Assembly (NCBI RefSeq): GCF_006345805.1
Contig: NC_043017.1
Location: 11,408,001-11,472,000, forward strand
DNA from: Octopus sinensis
Taxonomy: Eukaryota
DNA: 64,000 bases
Direction: 5' to 3'
In this document: piece by piece, positions 1 to 12,261 of the stretch
How the letters are laid out: the number at the start of each line of letters is the position of its first letter
Numbering within the stretch: the first letter of the stretch is position 1
Notes under the pieces: model-generated
Told to the model about the DNA's origin: nothing
The model's input: the letters and a program-made list of their open reading frames with translations, nothing else
The model's database searches: none
Made by a program: the position numbers and the translations under genes

Positions 1-61
1 TGTATGTATATTTATATATATATACACATATATTATATATATATAATATACATTGTATGTG

Positions 62-96
<35 letters not shown>

Positions 97-839
97 ATGT
101 ACACTTACGTGTGCATATGGATACATACACATGAATATATATTTATGTGTGTGTGTGTATACATACACATATATACAGGTTATGTAGATTATCACGCCAA
201 TTTAACACACACACACACACACACACACATACACATACACATACACAATCAGCTCCTATCTTAGAGTTTAAACACTACTTCTTGTCCATGGATTAAAGAA
301 ACACTACAAAACAAAAAAAAAACCATCATCGTAAACAAAAATATATAAAAGTAAGCATCAATAGTGCATAAACAAACAAACAAATAAATAAGTAAATAAA
401 TAAACACATTGCATGTTGTATTAGAAGGACTCGTTTCTATTTTTGAAGCAAGAAGGAGTTTAAATAAATAAATAAATATAGAAACAAAAATATCGCTAAG
501 TAAATAAAAATGAAGGAGGAGGTTTCAGAATCTTGAGGATTCTAAGTGGGAGGGCATGGTGTTATGGATTGTCAAGCACAAAAAGCCCTATTGTTGTTAT
601 TGCTGTTGTTGTTGTTGTTGTTGTTGTGGTGGTGGTGGTGGTGGTGCATTTTCATTTTTTGAATAATTCTCTGTAGATAGAATTTGAAATGTGGATGTTG
701 TGGGTGGGTGCTTGACATGTGGGGTGAGGCAATGAGGGGGGGTGTCATGTGTGTTGTGGGTTGCATGCATGCATATATATGTATATGTATGTGTATTGGT
801 ATGTGAGTGTGCATGTGTGTATGTATACATATGTGTATG

Positions 840-870
<31 letters not shown>

Positions 871-980
871 TAATATATATATATAATATATATAATATAT
901 ATATATATTATATAATATATAGAATATATATAATAATATAGATAATATATATATATAATAATATAATAATATATATTATA

Positions 981-1013
<33 letters not shown>

Positions 1014-1261
1014 AAACAAATGGATACATATACATGTATATACATATACCCACATAAACACATCTATATCTGAATATATAGGAGGTGGTATCAAAAGGGT
1101 CCCAGAATGGTTATGTTTAATAAAAAAATTACTTATTTACCTACATTTTAACCCCATCTTTGACATAGTCACCTTGCACGGCAATACACCTTAACCACTA
1201 AGCCATACACCCTCATGAGACAACCATGTGTGTGTGTGTTTTGTATGGGTATTTATATATA

Positions 1262-1300
<39 letters not shown>

Positions 1301-2767
1301 CGTCATCATTACCGTTATTTACAGTTCCTTTTTTCATGCTGATATGGGTGGGACATTTCAACTGGAACTGACAAGGCTGATGACTATGCTAAGCTCCAAA
1401 GTCTGCTTTGGCATGGATTCTACAGATGGTTACTTTTCCTTATGCCAACCATTTTCCATATGAATTTTCAATATGATGCTAATAACAATTTTCATGAGAA
1501 ATTAACAAATAATAATAACAACAATAACAACATTAACAATTATATTAATAATAACTAAATATTTTTGTTATTCTTCATCTAATTTTTCTTCCTAATAGCA
1601 TGAATATTTATTTCTACGTATAGTTCTATATTTTTATGTCTCCTTATATATTTCTATAAATTCTGATATATCTTTTATATTTTCACAAAATTTTAAAAAA
1701 TTATTTAAAATGTGTTATTTTATTTACTTCATGTTTATTAATTTATTGTAGAAGCATTTTATACAATGTTTGTATTTAAGCATTTTATGAAATTGTACTT
1801 TTGAAGGGCTGTATATATGTTGTGTATTACATGTAATCATGTATATAATATATCTTATGTCACATATATATATATTAAGTATATATACATATATATATCA
1901 AAAGGGTCTGTTATAACACTATTCCACATATGCATAAACAGCCATAACAGCAATCCAACATACCCCCATCATCAGCTGCCACACAGATATCATTATGGTT
2001 TCGACACCTGGGCAGTACCATTCAATCCGGCAGTGTCAACAGCACTAAAAGAAGTGCTGCTTGGAAACAAACATACCTGAAAACAAAACACACAACTTTC
2101 AAACACATTTACCCTGTGTACAACAGTATTCAATCAAATATAGGCAGGATTAAACATTAATTTTAAAATTAAACTACAAGAAACACATAAATCTATGTAC
2201 ATCTGTATCGGCATTAATAGTAAACCTACAATAACTACATTATATGCTAAATAGCGACAAATCTTTATGCATTTATATTCTAAGTAAGTCATCTCTTTAT
2301 ATATTTATGAAATTTGTGCATTTATATACTGTATGTAGTTATGGATTTTGTGTATTATGTGTTTTTATATAAGTTACATATTTATGAATTTTATGTATAT
2401 TGTCTTTTTCATATATTTAGGAAATTATGTGTTGATTTATTTTATTTTTATTACATGTATGTGCGTATTTTATATACTCATATATTTTGTGTGTTTCATG
2501 TATTTATATAGTTTATTGAGGCAGCAGGTAATGCAGCTGAGGTGAGCGACATCAAACTTCCTGGCTCACCAAAAACTAGCTACAGAGGGAGCATTGTAGA
2601 CACAGTGTCAGTTCTACAGACAACACTCCAGCATGATTGCAGCTCCATTGCCTGCGATGAGTGGAGCAAAGAGTAAACATTTTAAAATATATTTTCTATA
2701 ACTGTGTATTTTACATATTTCATACATTTATTTCATTTATAAACATGTATTTACTTTGTATTTCATT

Positions 2768-2808
<41 letters not shown>

Positions 2809-2891
2809 TAAAAACGGTAAGATAACAAAAGAAAGAAGCAGACCTCAATATTATGTAAATAGAAGAAATTTATCTGTAAAATAATATGGCC

Positions 2892-2954
2892 AGATAACCG
2901 AAGAGATGGTATTGTGGATTTCCACTTTGGCATCCGAAACTCAGAGTTTTATCT
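2892..2954 (+). ncRNA. Degenerate hammerhead motif
   Basis: AGATAA / CCGAAGA (U4->C) / GATG...CATCC with inner GTGGA/TCCAC hairpin / GAAA / CTCAGAG / TT / TTATCT. Confidence 0.65.
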
Positions 2955-3094
2955 TGGCTATTGAATAATTGTCACATATTATTTTACAGATATATATATA
3001 TATAAATATACAAGGTGTAAAAATACTGAAGATTCAGTATACACCATGTGGCAAAATTATGAGTTGAAAATATGTGGAAGAAAAAAAAAATATA

Positions 3095-4177
3095 AAAAGT
3101 GGAAGAGAAATGCCTTCGTTTTATATAGTTTAATATCTTTTTATAAATATATACATGTTATATGGATGTCGTGAAATCCAACTGGTTTTTCACTATTTAA
3201 ATTAGCTTTTCAAGGGACATTGTACAGTAATCAGTTCTTGTGACATGAAATTGGACACAAACACACTAAGGACAACAAAACGTAACACCACACCTCACCT
3301 TAAATCACTCCCATACATATCAACCCACAACCCCAGAAACAATGAAGCATACAACACAATTATACAAAATCTCCCTCTGCTCACTCAAGACCCGAAAATG
3401 AACAGCATCCTATATACACACAAACTACTAAAATGCAAAAGACAAGACAAATCACTTAAGAGACTCCTAGCAAATGCAAAACTATACTCAATACATATGA
3501 TACCAATAGTTAAAAAATGCAGACGACCTAATTGTGGTACATGCCCATACCTAACTGAAGGCCCGGAATTCACATTCCAGCAAGAACAAAAATTCCCAAT
3601 TAAGACCAACTTCACATGTGCTTTCCAGAACCTTTTCTATGTCCTAACCTGCTCAGGTTGTGGTCACAATTATGTGGCCAAACGAGCCTTACTATGAGAT
3701 GCAGAGTTACGCTGCATAAAGAACAGATTAATTTCCCTCAATACAGGCAGATAGCACTGAGTGGACATATTGACAGATGCGCAAGTAATAAAATGCCGAA
3801 TTTTCATATCTTCCCATTATACCAATGCAAAGATTCAATCTCAGTACAAGAATGCCTAAACAAGGAAAACCTGTTCATACAAAAGTACAGCCCACACCTC
3901 AATATACAAATTTGATCATTTTAAAAATTATACTAAGGAGCCAGTTGTCCTTCCTGCCACCTATTGCTTCCCTTGGTTCACTCTCTAGACTCATTCTTCT
4001 TATTCTTCAAACATCCAAAATGACAAGACCCCTCTGACACGAGAACTGATTACTGTACAATGGAAAGCTAATTTAAATAGTGAAAACTGGTTGGATTTCA
4101 CGAAATCCATATAAAATGTATATATTTATAAAAAGATATTAAACTATATGAAACGAAGGCATTTCTCTTCCCCTTTT
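3095..4177 (+). mobile_element. Penelope-like element remnant: GIY-YIG endonuclease with inverted terminal arms
   Basis: 3245-3915 frameshifted KCRRPNCGTC...FTCAFQNLFYVLTCSGCGHNYV...KENLFIQKYSPHLN; 3095-3245 is the reverse complement of 4035-4177. Confidence 0.85.
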
Positions 4178-5094
4178 CCATCTATGAAATCCACTCACAA
4201 GGCTTTGGTTGGCCCGAGGCTATAGTAGAAGATACTCACCCTAGGTGCCTTGCGGTAAGACTTGAACCTGGAACCATGAGGTTGGGAAGCAAGCTTCTTA
4301 ACCACAGAACCACGCCTGCACCCATCTAAGCATTTTTAACATATGTTTGAAACTTCACGCTAAGTAAGCAGTTCTTAACTTGGAAGGTCATTAAAAGGAT
4401 TCACATTAATTAGTACAAGCTTTATTATATTACTAAATTAGTAAAGTGGGAAAGGGCAATAAATGTTTTGCGTTTTACTGATTAGTTTAATAAACATTGA
4501 CATGTAAATAACTAAAGGGAAATTAACATAACACATATTGGATTCATTAACGATGGTTGCATTATTTCATTAAGGGTAGTTGTCCTCCCTCCTCCCCTGC
4601 TTCTTCTTCTTCATCATCATCCTCATCATCATTGTTAACGTCTTCTTCGTCATCATCATCATCGTTATCGTCTTCAGTATCATCATTATCATCATCATCA
4701 TCTTCTTCTTCTTCTTCTTCTTCTTCTTCTTCTTCTTCTTCTTCTTCTTCTCCTCCTCCTTCCCCTTCCTTCTCTCCTCATCATAATTTAGAAGATTATG
4801 GTCGGAAAAATGAACAAAATAGATGTAAGTTTGACACACTCTTGCACACACACTCTTACACACACACTCTTACACACACACTCTTACACACACACACACA
4901 CACATTGACACATAAATAATAGTCTTAATAGTGAAATCCAGTGAAGTTATACCCAGCATTCCTTTTAAGATGACAATTCTCTGTGTTGCTACTCAGAGTT
5001 TCTTGCTTGATGCAAGAATACAGACATTACAAAGATTACTGAAAGGACTTGGTTTGAAACCAATGGAGAATAGTATTGTCATTGACAATCTGCT

Positions 5095-5575
5095 TACATC
5101 ATCATCATTCATCATTGTTCGACCGTGGTCGAGACAATGGAATTTACCATGCTACGCCAGACTTCACGATCCATCATGGCATTACAGAGGTCCTGTTGCT
5201 GGATGCCTGTATCCCTGGAGAACGCGATCAGAGACAGGACTCGGCAAAGCTGGGGCTGGACCTACATCCGCAGGTATACCATTAGGTCTGGTTCCCTGGG
5301 GAAGAGGAACCCTGGTGCAGTTAATTGTAAACTCCATAGTCTTTTCAAATGGCTAATAATGTGTGCGCGCGCCACTACTACACACATTGGAAAGCATTGT
5401 ACAACCAAGTACTAAAGATTATCTTTCCTCCTCCATGAAACAAAGCTGTTCCCGCTGGACGTCAACCCAGTATTTCTAAGCTACGGACCGAGTGATTTAT
5501 TGTAAGGTTATCTCCCTAGATAGATTGCCTTCACTACGGCTAAGGAGCCCTTTCTACCCCACTATCTGCTTACAC
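5095..5575 (-). mobile_element. Short RTE-derived element
   Basis: C-terminal remnant RDTGIQQQDLCNAMMDREVWR and (TGA)n tail, joined to a segment resembling RTE 5' leaders. Confidence 0.5.
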
Positions 5576-6228
5576 TTTCTTCCTCTTCATCATCATTCTT
5601 GTTCTTCTACTAATCATCATCATCGTCGTTTTAGAATCCACTTTTCTATGCTTGCAGGAGTCAGTTGACGAAGATTTTCCCACAGCTGGATGCCCTTCTT
5701 GTTGCTAACTCTTACTTATTTCCAAACAAGGTCATATTTCCTCCTATGGGCAGACAGGTATTTCATGGAGACTAGAAATTAACAACATCACCTGTAATAC
5801 TCATTTATGACCATCGTGTGGTGTTTACACGACAGACTTCTTTCAGTTTCCATTTACCAAATCTGCACCCAAAGTTTTGGTTGGCCAGGGCTATTCTAGA
5901 AGACTCTACTCCAAGAAGCAACACGGTGAGACTTGAACCCAGGAGCACATGGTTGGGAAGCAAGCTTCTTAGCCACACACCCACACCTGGTGTAACACCC
6001 TTGTTATCTCCACCTTAGTGAAGGCAAAGGTATTGTTTTCAGTCATGTTTGTTTGTTTGCTCGTTCATGGACAAGATACCTCAAGAACCACTGGATGGAT
6101 TCAAATGAAACAGGGATGTTTGCTTTTGTGACTGGCACAAGCTTCTTACCACACAGCCATCACCTGTGCCTATGGTGCCATTTCTTCAACAAAATGTTAC
6201 TCTTTAATTAAAATAGATTTTCTTTCAG

Positions 6229-6240
6229 ATTCTGTTTTAG
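6229..6240 (+). CDS. Candidate 12-nt microexon of gene A
   Basis: ttttctttcag|ATTCTGTTTTAG|gtatgt; phase 1-1 reading x-S-V-L-G joins exon 6944 in frame. Confidence 0.4.
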   Translation: MLF

Positions 6241-6421
6241 GTATGTTACCATTTTCATTAATTATTAAATCAAATTTAAATTAAATTACTGTAAATTTTA
6301 AGGACTAATGCTTTAACAAGGCTAACATTATTTACTAAAATCAAAATTATTCTACTTCATCCAATATTATTAACAAATATTAATTTTATTTCTTGACATC
6401 AATGTTATTTACTAACACCAA

Positions 6422-6459
<38 letters not shown>

Positions 6460-6943
6460 TATTATTATTATTATTATTAAGGTGGCATGCTGGCAGAATT
6501 GCTAGCACGCTAGGTGAAATACTTAGCCGTATTTTACCTGTTGCTACATTCTGGGTTCAAATTCCACTTAGGTTGACTTTGCCTGTCATTCTTTCAGGGT
6601 TGATAAATAAAGTACCAGCTTCGCACTGGGATTGATGCAATCGACTAGTCCCCTTCCCCAAAATTTCAGGCCTTGTACCTAGAGTAGAAATTATTATTAT
6701 TATTACAACAAAATGTGTCTGAATGACACACCTAACCAAAAATTACCTTGAATTTCCTTGAATTTCGCAGTATTCTGGCCTGCCAAATGGTGAGCCATGT
6801 CTCATGTGGGCTGCTTCTCAAAAAAAGTTACTTATGGTTGCACTAAAGAAACATTTATAAATTGGAAGGAAGTTCAAAGATTATAGATAAACAAACGCAG
6901 TAATTTTTTGTACTTTTGTCATTTGTTTTCATTGAAATTCCAG

Positions 6944-7147
6944 GTTCCTGCTACATTAGCCAGAGTGAAAATATTGATTTCTGGACAGACACGGGTTCCG
7001 GTGAAATAAATTTTAAAAATTATGTTCACAATTCAACTTCTATAAAGATTTCTTGTAAATTGAATTCTCGGCTGTTGAATGGAACAGTCAACAAATTTAC
7101 CTGTCTTGAAGGAGAATGGAGCCCCCATGAACCATTTTGTGAAAAGA
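6944..7147 (+). CDS. Gene A exon: divergent sushi/CCP domain
   Basis: Acceptor ttgaaattccag|GT at 6943/4, donor A|gtaag at 7147/8, 204 nt, phase 1-1. Peptide GSCYISQSEN...ISCKLNSRLLNGTVNKFTCLEGEWSPHEPFCEK has the 4 Cys and Trp of a CCP. Confidence 0.85.
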
Positions 7148-7624
7148 GTAAGTTCTGTTTTCAGAAATATTGTTTCCAATGCAACATTTCCTATAATTCT
7201 TTAAATATTTTTGTTTTCACTTTTACGTCTGTTTATCCATGTTAGCATGGGTTAGATCAGTATGTTAATGAGGCATTGTGTCACAATGGATGTCCTTCCT
7301 GATCCCATCCTTCACTTGTTTTCCAAGTAGGGGATCGCTGATTCTACTTGGTATAAAAGGTGTGGGGTGAGGGAACTGGGAAGTGCCAACAATGACACTA
7401 CTTACAGATCTGACAAACACACACACACACTCACTCACACAAATACATATATATATATATATATGTTAGTATGGTCAGTTTGGTCATAGTTTGGTCAGTT
7501 AGTGGCTGGACTTCACAACCTCATATGTTCTTAAAATTTAAATCTACATCTTTATCTGTATACCTACCTTCTCTATAATGTTACTACTTGATTTGAAAGC
7601 TTTTGTATTATTGGAAAACCTATA

Positions 7625-7717
7625 TAATTGGCTGAAGAGCACTCAGCATCTTAAATCTGCTGTAATACTTACAACTTTTAATAAAATGTTGTAGTGCGAA
7701 ACAATTGTACCAAATTA
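7625..7717 (+). ncRNA. Type I hammerhead ribozyme motif, intact core
   Basis: TAATTGG / CTGAAGA 7632-38 / stem II GCACT...AGTGC / GAAA 7698-7701 / palindromic CAATTG / TA / CCAAATTA. Confidence 0.8.
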
Positions 7718-7743
7718 CCGGAGTCATTCTTGTTGCTTATTTT

Positions 7744-7793
<50 letters not shown>

Positions 7794-8153
7794 CCAAGGT
7801 GTATTGTATTTCCTTCTGATTGTAGCTGGGTAGTAGATCTACTGAGATTATGGAAAGTCCAGTTTGATTTAATTTATTTCTCATTTGCTTCAGCTTGACA
7901 AAATTGTCTTTTTAAAGTGATTCAAACTGGATGTTTATTAAGATGAAAAAAATGGAAATACTTTTTTTCTTTTCCTCTATGATAAATCTATTAAGGCATT
8001 TTCATTTTTTTCTAAATATAAATTTACTAGTGTGAAAACTCTAACCCATTTCAATAAACACACACATGCACGAATGCCCCCCCCCCACACACTACAACAC
8101 ATAATATATGTGTATTATGTATCTATTTATATCTTTTCTTGGTGTATTTACAG

Positions 8154-8408
8154 AACCTGTAAAGGCTCCAAAACTACTTAGGACTAATCCCGTCTGCAAA
8201 CATCCAGAACAAGGAGACAATGTTGTGTTTGTCTGGGACAATGTTGATTCCAGATTCAAAGGAAACAGTTTCATTGCCAATGGAACCAGCTTCCATGCTC
8301 GTTGTACTGATGTCGGTAATTTCCAGCTGTTGGGTTCCAATTTCCTTTCATGCCAGAATGGTATATGGTATGGAAAGTTACCAGTTTGCCAAAAAACTGA
8401 AGAAGATG
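8154..8408 (+). CDS. Gene A exon: sushi/CCP domain
   Basis: Acceptor tatttacag|AA, donor G|gtaaag, 255 nt, phase 1-1. VCKHPEQG...ARCTDVGNFQLLGSNFLSCQNGIWYGKLPVCQ. Confidence 0.9.
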
Positions 8409-8513
8409 GTAAAGTATCCCCTTGAAATTCATTGGGGTTTTTCTTAAAAACTAAATACAATTTTTTTTTCTCATAAATAAGAAAAATATTATTATTAGTG
8501 GTTTTTCTTCAAA

Positions 8514-8729
8514 CTCTCTCTCTTTTACTCTTTTACTTGTTTCAGTCATTTTGACTGCGGCCATGCTGGAGCACCGCCTTTAGTCGAGCAAATCAACCCC
8601 GGGACTTATTCTTTGTAAGCCCAGTGCTTATTCTATCGGTCTCTTTTGCCAAAACGCTAAGTTACAGGGACGTAAACACACCAGCATCGGTTGTCATACA
8701 ATGCTAGGGGGACAAACACAGACACACAA

Positions 8730-8760
<31 letters not shown>

Positions 8761-8945
8761 TATATATATACATATATACGACAGGCTTCTTTCAGTTTCC
8801 GTCTACCAAATCCACTCACAAGGCATTGGTCAGCCCAGGGCTATAGCAGAAGACACTTGCCCAAGATGCCACGCAGTGGGACTGAACCCGGAACCATGTG
8901 GTTGGTTAGCAAGCTACTTACCACACAGACACTCCTGCGCCTATT
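8514..8945 (-). mobile_element. SINE family 2 (bipartite, internal TA/CA tract)
   Basis: Head GGAGTGTCTGTGTGGTAAG...GGTTCCGGGTTCAGTCCC, tail CCAGCATGGCCGCAGTCAAAATGACTGAAACAAG. Copies at about 4181, 5822, 9830, 29843, 31440, 32090, 42305, 43205, 44185, 48270, 56140. Confidence 0.8.
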
Positions 8946-10034
8946 TGTGTTTGTGTTCTGAGTTCAAATTCTGCCAAGGTTGACTTTACCTTTCATCCTT
9001 TCAGGGTCGATAAAATAAGTACCAGCTGAGTATTGGGCTTGATGTAATCGACTTAACCCCTTCTCCAAAATTTCAGGCCTTGTGCCTTTAATAGAAAGGA
9101 TTATTATTATTATTATTATGAAGGTGGCCAGCTAACAGAATCGTTCAGATACTGGACAAAATGCTTAGCAACATTTCGTTCATCTTTACATTCTCAGTTC
9201 AAATTCTCCCGAGATCGACTTTGCCTTTCATCCTTTTGGCGGGGTCGATGAAATAAATACCAGTTATGCACTGGGTTCGATGTAATTGGCTAGCCCCATC
9301 CCCCCCTCAAATTCCTAGCCTTGTACATATAATGGAAAGGATTATTATTACTATTATTAAAGGCAGCGAGCTGGCAGGATTGTTAGCACGCCGGGTGAAA
9401 TGCTTAGTGGTATTTCGTCTGCCACTATGTTCCGAGTTCAAATTCCACTGAGATCGACTTTGCCTGGGGTTGATGTAATTGACTAGCCCCCCTTCCCCCC
9501 CCCCCCCCAAAAAAAATTCTCAAGGTTTTGGGCCTAGAGAAGTAATGATTATTATTGTTATTATTATCATTATTTTGTCCAGGAAATTTGAGGATTAAGG
9601 TTTTCAGCTGCATGAATAGACATATGTTAAGATGAGCCAGTGATGATGCTCCAGCATGGTCATTTGATTTGCTAAAGATATCACCTAAGTGTCAAATCAC
9701 TTCCTACCATCTTAGCAAAACGTGGTGGTGGAATGTTTTCCATTTTAACCACCACCACCACCACCACCACCACCACCATCACAAGCAAGAAGAACATCAA
9801 ACAAACTTTATTATGTCTTCATATAAGCACAGGAGTGGCTGCGTGGTAAGAAGCTTGCTTCCTGACCACATGGTTCTGGGTTCAGTCTCAATGCATGGCA
9901 CCATGGGCAAATGTCTTCTACAATAGCGTCAGGTCATCCAAAGCCTTGTGAGTGGATTTGATAGATGGAAACTGAAAGACGCCTGTTGTATAGATACATA
10001 CATATATATATGTGTATATATATATATCATCATC

Positions 10035-10430
10035 ATCATCATCATCGTTTAACGTCCGCTTTCCATGCTAGCATGGGTTGGACGGTTCAACTGGGGTCTG
10101 GCAAGCCCGAAGGCTGCACCAGGCCAGTCAGATCTGGCAGTGTTTCTACAGCTGGATGCCCTTCCTAACGCTAACCACTCCGAGAGTGTAGTGGGTGATT
10201 TTATGTGCCACCGACACAGGTGCCAGACGAAGCTGGCAGACGGCCACGCTCGGATGGTGTTTTTTATGTGCCACCGACACAGGTGCCAGACGAGGCTGGC
10301 TGACGGCCACGCTCAGATGGTGTTTTCTTATGTGTCACCGACACAGGTGCCAGACGGGGCTGGCGGACGGCCACGCTCGGATGGTGTTTGTTATGTGCCC
10401 TCAGCACGGAGGCCAGTCGTTGCGGTACTG
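10035..10430 (-). mobile_element. RTE 3'-tail element with about 4 internal tandem subrepeats, nested in a family 2 SINE
   Basis: Matches 13200-13412; GTGCCACCGACAC subrepeats of about 60 bp. Other copies at about 29500, 31620, 36015, 56230, 57170. Confidence 0.8.
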
Positions 10431-10451
10431 GCTATATATATACATATATAT

Positions 10452-10494
<43 letters not shown>

Positions 10495-10737
10495 GCATAT
10501 AAATATGTATATATTTGTGTGTGTTTGTCCCCCACCAACCGATGTCAGTGTTTTTGCCTCCCTGTAACCTAGCAGTTCGGCAAAAGAGGGCAACAGAATA
10601 AGTAGTAGGCTTACAAAGAATAAGTCCTGGGGTTGATTTGTTCAACTAAATGTGGTGCTCCTGCATGGCCACAGTCAAATGACTGAAACAAGTAAAAGAG
10701 TAAAAGAATATATGATAAAAATTTTGTAAGGGAAGGG

Positions 10738-10830
10738 AACCATAGTACCCATAGTAACCATAGCAACCATAGTAACCAAAGTAACCATAACAACCATAGT
10801 AACCATAGCAACCATAGTAACCATAGCAAC
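10738..10830. repeat. 9-bp minisatellite (CCATAG(T/C)AA) x about 10
   Basis: Direct reading. Confidence 0.85.
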
Positions 10831-11566
10831 AATAAAATAAAGGACATTAAGAAGGCGAAATGATGTGTGTGTGTGTGTGTGTGTGTTATGGGTGATGTGT
10901 GTTTGTGTGTGTGTGTGTTTGTGTATGTGTGTGATATATGCATATGAGTGTGTGTGGTTCTGTGCGTGTGTGTGTTTGTGTGTACAAATGATGTGTTTGT
11001 GTTATTGATGATGTGTGTGTATGTGTGTGTGTGTGTGAGAGAGAGAGATAGGGGAGGGGTTTCAATGAAAAAGCAAAACAAAATACTTGAAATATTTATG
11101 TCAGGTTAAAATAGAAAAACTCCCCTGTCACCCCCCCCATACACCCCCAAAATCCATTCCAAAACAAATAAATATGGCTTATTTGCATTTTTGTTTTTAG
11201 TGGCTGTGGGAGGGGGGGAGAAAGGGTCTTGATAAGAAAATATCAAAACTAACAACAGCAAAAAAAAAGGGAAAAAAATGAGCTAAATTTAGTAAAAAAG
11301 AAGAGAACTTACACCAAAAACCAATAAAAACAATGTAAAAATGTTTAACATTTTGTTAAACAAGTTAAACTATGGAGACCTCTTTAGAAATTTGCATAAT
11401 TTATGTTTGAATTTGTGCATATATTAATGAATCTGTGTGTGTGTGTGTATAAATTTTTTTCTTTCAGAACAAGAGTTGCGGCCATGCTGGGGCACCACTG
11501 TTGACTTTGCTTCTTTTCACTAAACGTTCTCTGATTATGTGGAAAACTATGATGATGATGATGATA

Positions 11567-11618
<52 letters not shown>

Positions 11619-12125
11619 ATATATATGTATGTATGTGTGTGTGTGCATGTGTGTGTGTGTGTGGTGTGTGTGTGTGTGGTGTGTGTGTGTGTGTGTTTTG
11701 GTGTGTGCGTGCATGTGTTTGTGTCTGTGTTGTATCTGTCCTTACTGCTGCTTGAGAACAAGTGTTCACATGTTGACATCCTCATAACTTAGTGGTTCAG
11801 CAAAACGAGTCTGATAGAATAATTACCAGGCTTAAAGATAAATAACAGGGTTGATTTATTTGGCTAAAAACATTCAAGGTGGTGCCCCAGCATGGTCACA
11901 GTCCAATGAGTGTAACAAATAAAAGATAAAAGCCAGATATATATATAGGCACAGGCATGGCTGTGTCTATGTTTGTCCCTCAGTCACCACTTGACAACTG
12001 GTGTTGGTTTGTTTATGTTCCTCAGCTTAATAGACTGGAGTTGATTTGTTTCACTAAAATTCTTCAAGGCAGTAGTCCTGCATGGCTACAGTCAAATGGT
12101 TGAAATAAATAATATATATATGTGT

Positions 12126-12197
<72 letters not shown>

Positions 12198-12261
12198 ATG
12201 TATATATATATATTATATATATATATATATATAATATATATATATATATATAATATGTACC

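Noticed and set aside
572-830. Poly-H/N or poly-P/Q ORFs with a possible tacag acceptor
   Set aside because: Driven by CAC/CAA repeats; no partner exon identified.
4-1100. Long YI/HT/CV-repeat ORFs here and throughout (e.g. 20041-20947, 26134-26708)
   Set aside because: Translations of TA/CA/TG microsatellites with no splice or domain support.
10198-10400. CRISPR-like repeat-spacer array
   Set aside because: Eukaryotic context, the intervening sequences are themselves repeated, and the unit belongs to the RTE 3' UTR.
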